This document shows positions 34,147-34,893 of a stretch of 34,893 nt of DNA, in pieces (position 1 is the first letter of the stretch; the number at the start of each line of letters is the position of its first letter). Source of the stretch: Patescibacteria group bacterium (GTDB taxonomy: Bacteria; Patescibacteriota; Microgenomatia; UBA12405). The stretch spans positions 1-34,893 of the forward strand of contig JAHISL010000105.1 of the NCBI GenBank assembly GCA_018818185.1. The letters run 5' to 3'. The notes beneath the pieces were generated by a model. That model had not been told where the DNA came from and ran no database searches. It worked only from the letters and a program-made list of their open reading frames with translations. The position numbers were made by a program, and so were the translations under genes.

Positions 34147-34872
34147 TTATTCTTCGGTGGTACCTCCCCATTCAACAACAACAAAACCGTTGCGTTTAGG
34201 GGTAACGATAACCGGTTCATTAAGAACAATGGGGTTATCTAAATGTTTAAAATAAAATTCAACTCGAATAATTGTGTCAGGGGTTGGATTAACAGTGATG
34301 TCCATATTTTCTCCGAGAAAATCTTCGGATAAAAGCTTGATCTCATAAAAACCGGGAAGAGTTAATTCTTTGAGCCAATATGATTTGAACTGGGAAATTT
34401 CTTTTTTATTTAGTCCGAACATGGGAAGATATTTGGAAAACCACGATTTTAGATCTTTGGTGGCAACGACCCAGCCCTCTTCACCAACTTCATATTTATC
34501 AAGTTTGGCTTCATAAAATAAATAATCATAACGATTATCGATAAGGCTGTTTGGAGTGGCAATGACATACCAACCATTTTTGGGATACGAGGGAATACTT
34601 TTGGTGAGAGTACCTCTGATATTTAATTTGACGGAGACGGGAATAAAAGAGGTAGGATAAAGATAAATAGCTGGTTTTTTAGTAACAGGAAGAAGTGGTT
34701 GAGGGGTTGGACTGGGGACAATAGTTGGGGTAGGAATCGGACTGGGAAGTGGAGAGGGACTGGGAAGGATAACAAAGGGATAGGCGGCGGAAATGTAGTT
34801 TTTTTTATAAGCAATGACAACAGAAAATGCGATTATAAAAAAGAAAATTATAATTTTTAATAAAAATTTCAT
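34147..34872 (-). CDS. Hypothetical membrane-anchored/secreted protein with a Pro-rich linker
   Basis: 241 aa. The TM anchor LLKIIIFFFIIAFSVVIAY is followed by PSPSPLPSPIPTPTIVPSPTPQP and then a globular domain. Its stop lies 1 nt from the gatB start. Confidence 0.5.
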   Translation of the reverse strand: MKFLLKIIIFFFIIAFSVVIAYKKNYISAAYPFVILPSPSPLPSPIPTPTIVPSPTPQPLLPVTKKPAIYLYPTSFIPVSVKLNIRGTLTKSIPSYPKNGWYVIATPNSLIDNRYDYLFYEAKLDKYEVGEEGWVVATKDLKSWFSKYLPMFGLNKKEISQFKSYWLKELTLPGFYEIKLLSEDFLGENMDITVNPTPDTIIRVEFYFKHLDNPIVLNEPVIVTPKRNGFVVVEWGGTTEE

Positions 34873-34893
34873 AGTTTTGGTTTTTGAAGATGA

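Noticed and set aside
1-34893. Search for tRNA, rRNA, CRISPR repeats, transposase or integrase genes, and long direct or inverted repeats
   Set aside because: All intergenic regions are short, at most about 155 nt. None shows a cloverleaf-like arrangement or regularly spaced repeats. No ORF resembles a transposase or integrase. The only multi-copy DNA element I found is the MTAE 5' cassette.

Overview
Nearly all genes in this window are housekeeping genes on the minus strand. They look like those of a small-genome bacterium. The standard genetic code applies, since TGA is used as a stop (for example at rmuC). Pared-down core proteins suggest a CPR/Patescibacteria-like organism, but that is inference only. 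In coordinate order the minus-strand genes are: alaS (partial), three small membrane proteins, ftsK, proS, RNase J, a family-4 UDG, two membrane-anchored proteins, a stand-alone Lon-type AAA+ module, a HigB/HigA-like toxin-antitoxin pair, a P-loop kinase-like protein, pnp, rpsO, three tandem Cys-rich paralogs, a degenerate DHH-like protein, infB, nusA, dnaJ, dnaK, grpE, hrcA, rmuC, dut, a UvrD-type helicase-nuclease, an alpha/beta hydrolase, gatB and a Pro-rich secreted protein. I saw no rRNA, tRNA, CRISPR array or mobile element. Two unexplained elements stand out. (1) At 20643-22420 a plus-strand array of four very diverged ~136-aa paralogs sits between nusA and dnaJ. All begin MTAE[VI]. Three carry a conserved ~50-nt 5' cassette with an extended -10 box exactly 6 nt before the ATG, which predicts leaderless mRNAs. 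A shorter fifth family member lies at 7228-7503. (2) At 16223-17164 three tandem paralogs of a small Cys-rich protein occupy the slot where rbfA/truB sit in E. coli's nusA-infB-rbfA-truB-rpsO-pnp gene order. Regulatory signals readable from the sequence include a CIRCE-like operator fused to the hrcA promoter, a terminator/attenuator in the nusA leader, a structured rpsO leader, a perfect palindrome in front of the toxin gene, and -10 boxes 5-9 nt upstream of many start codons.
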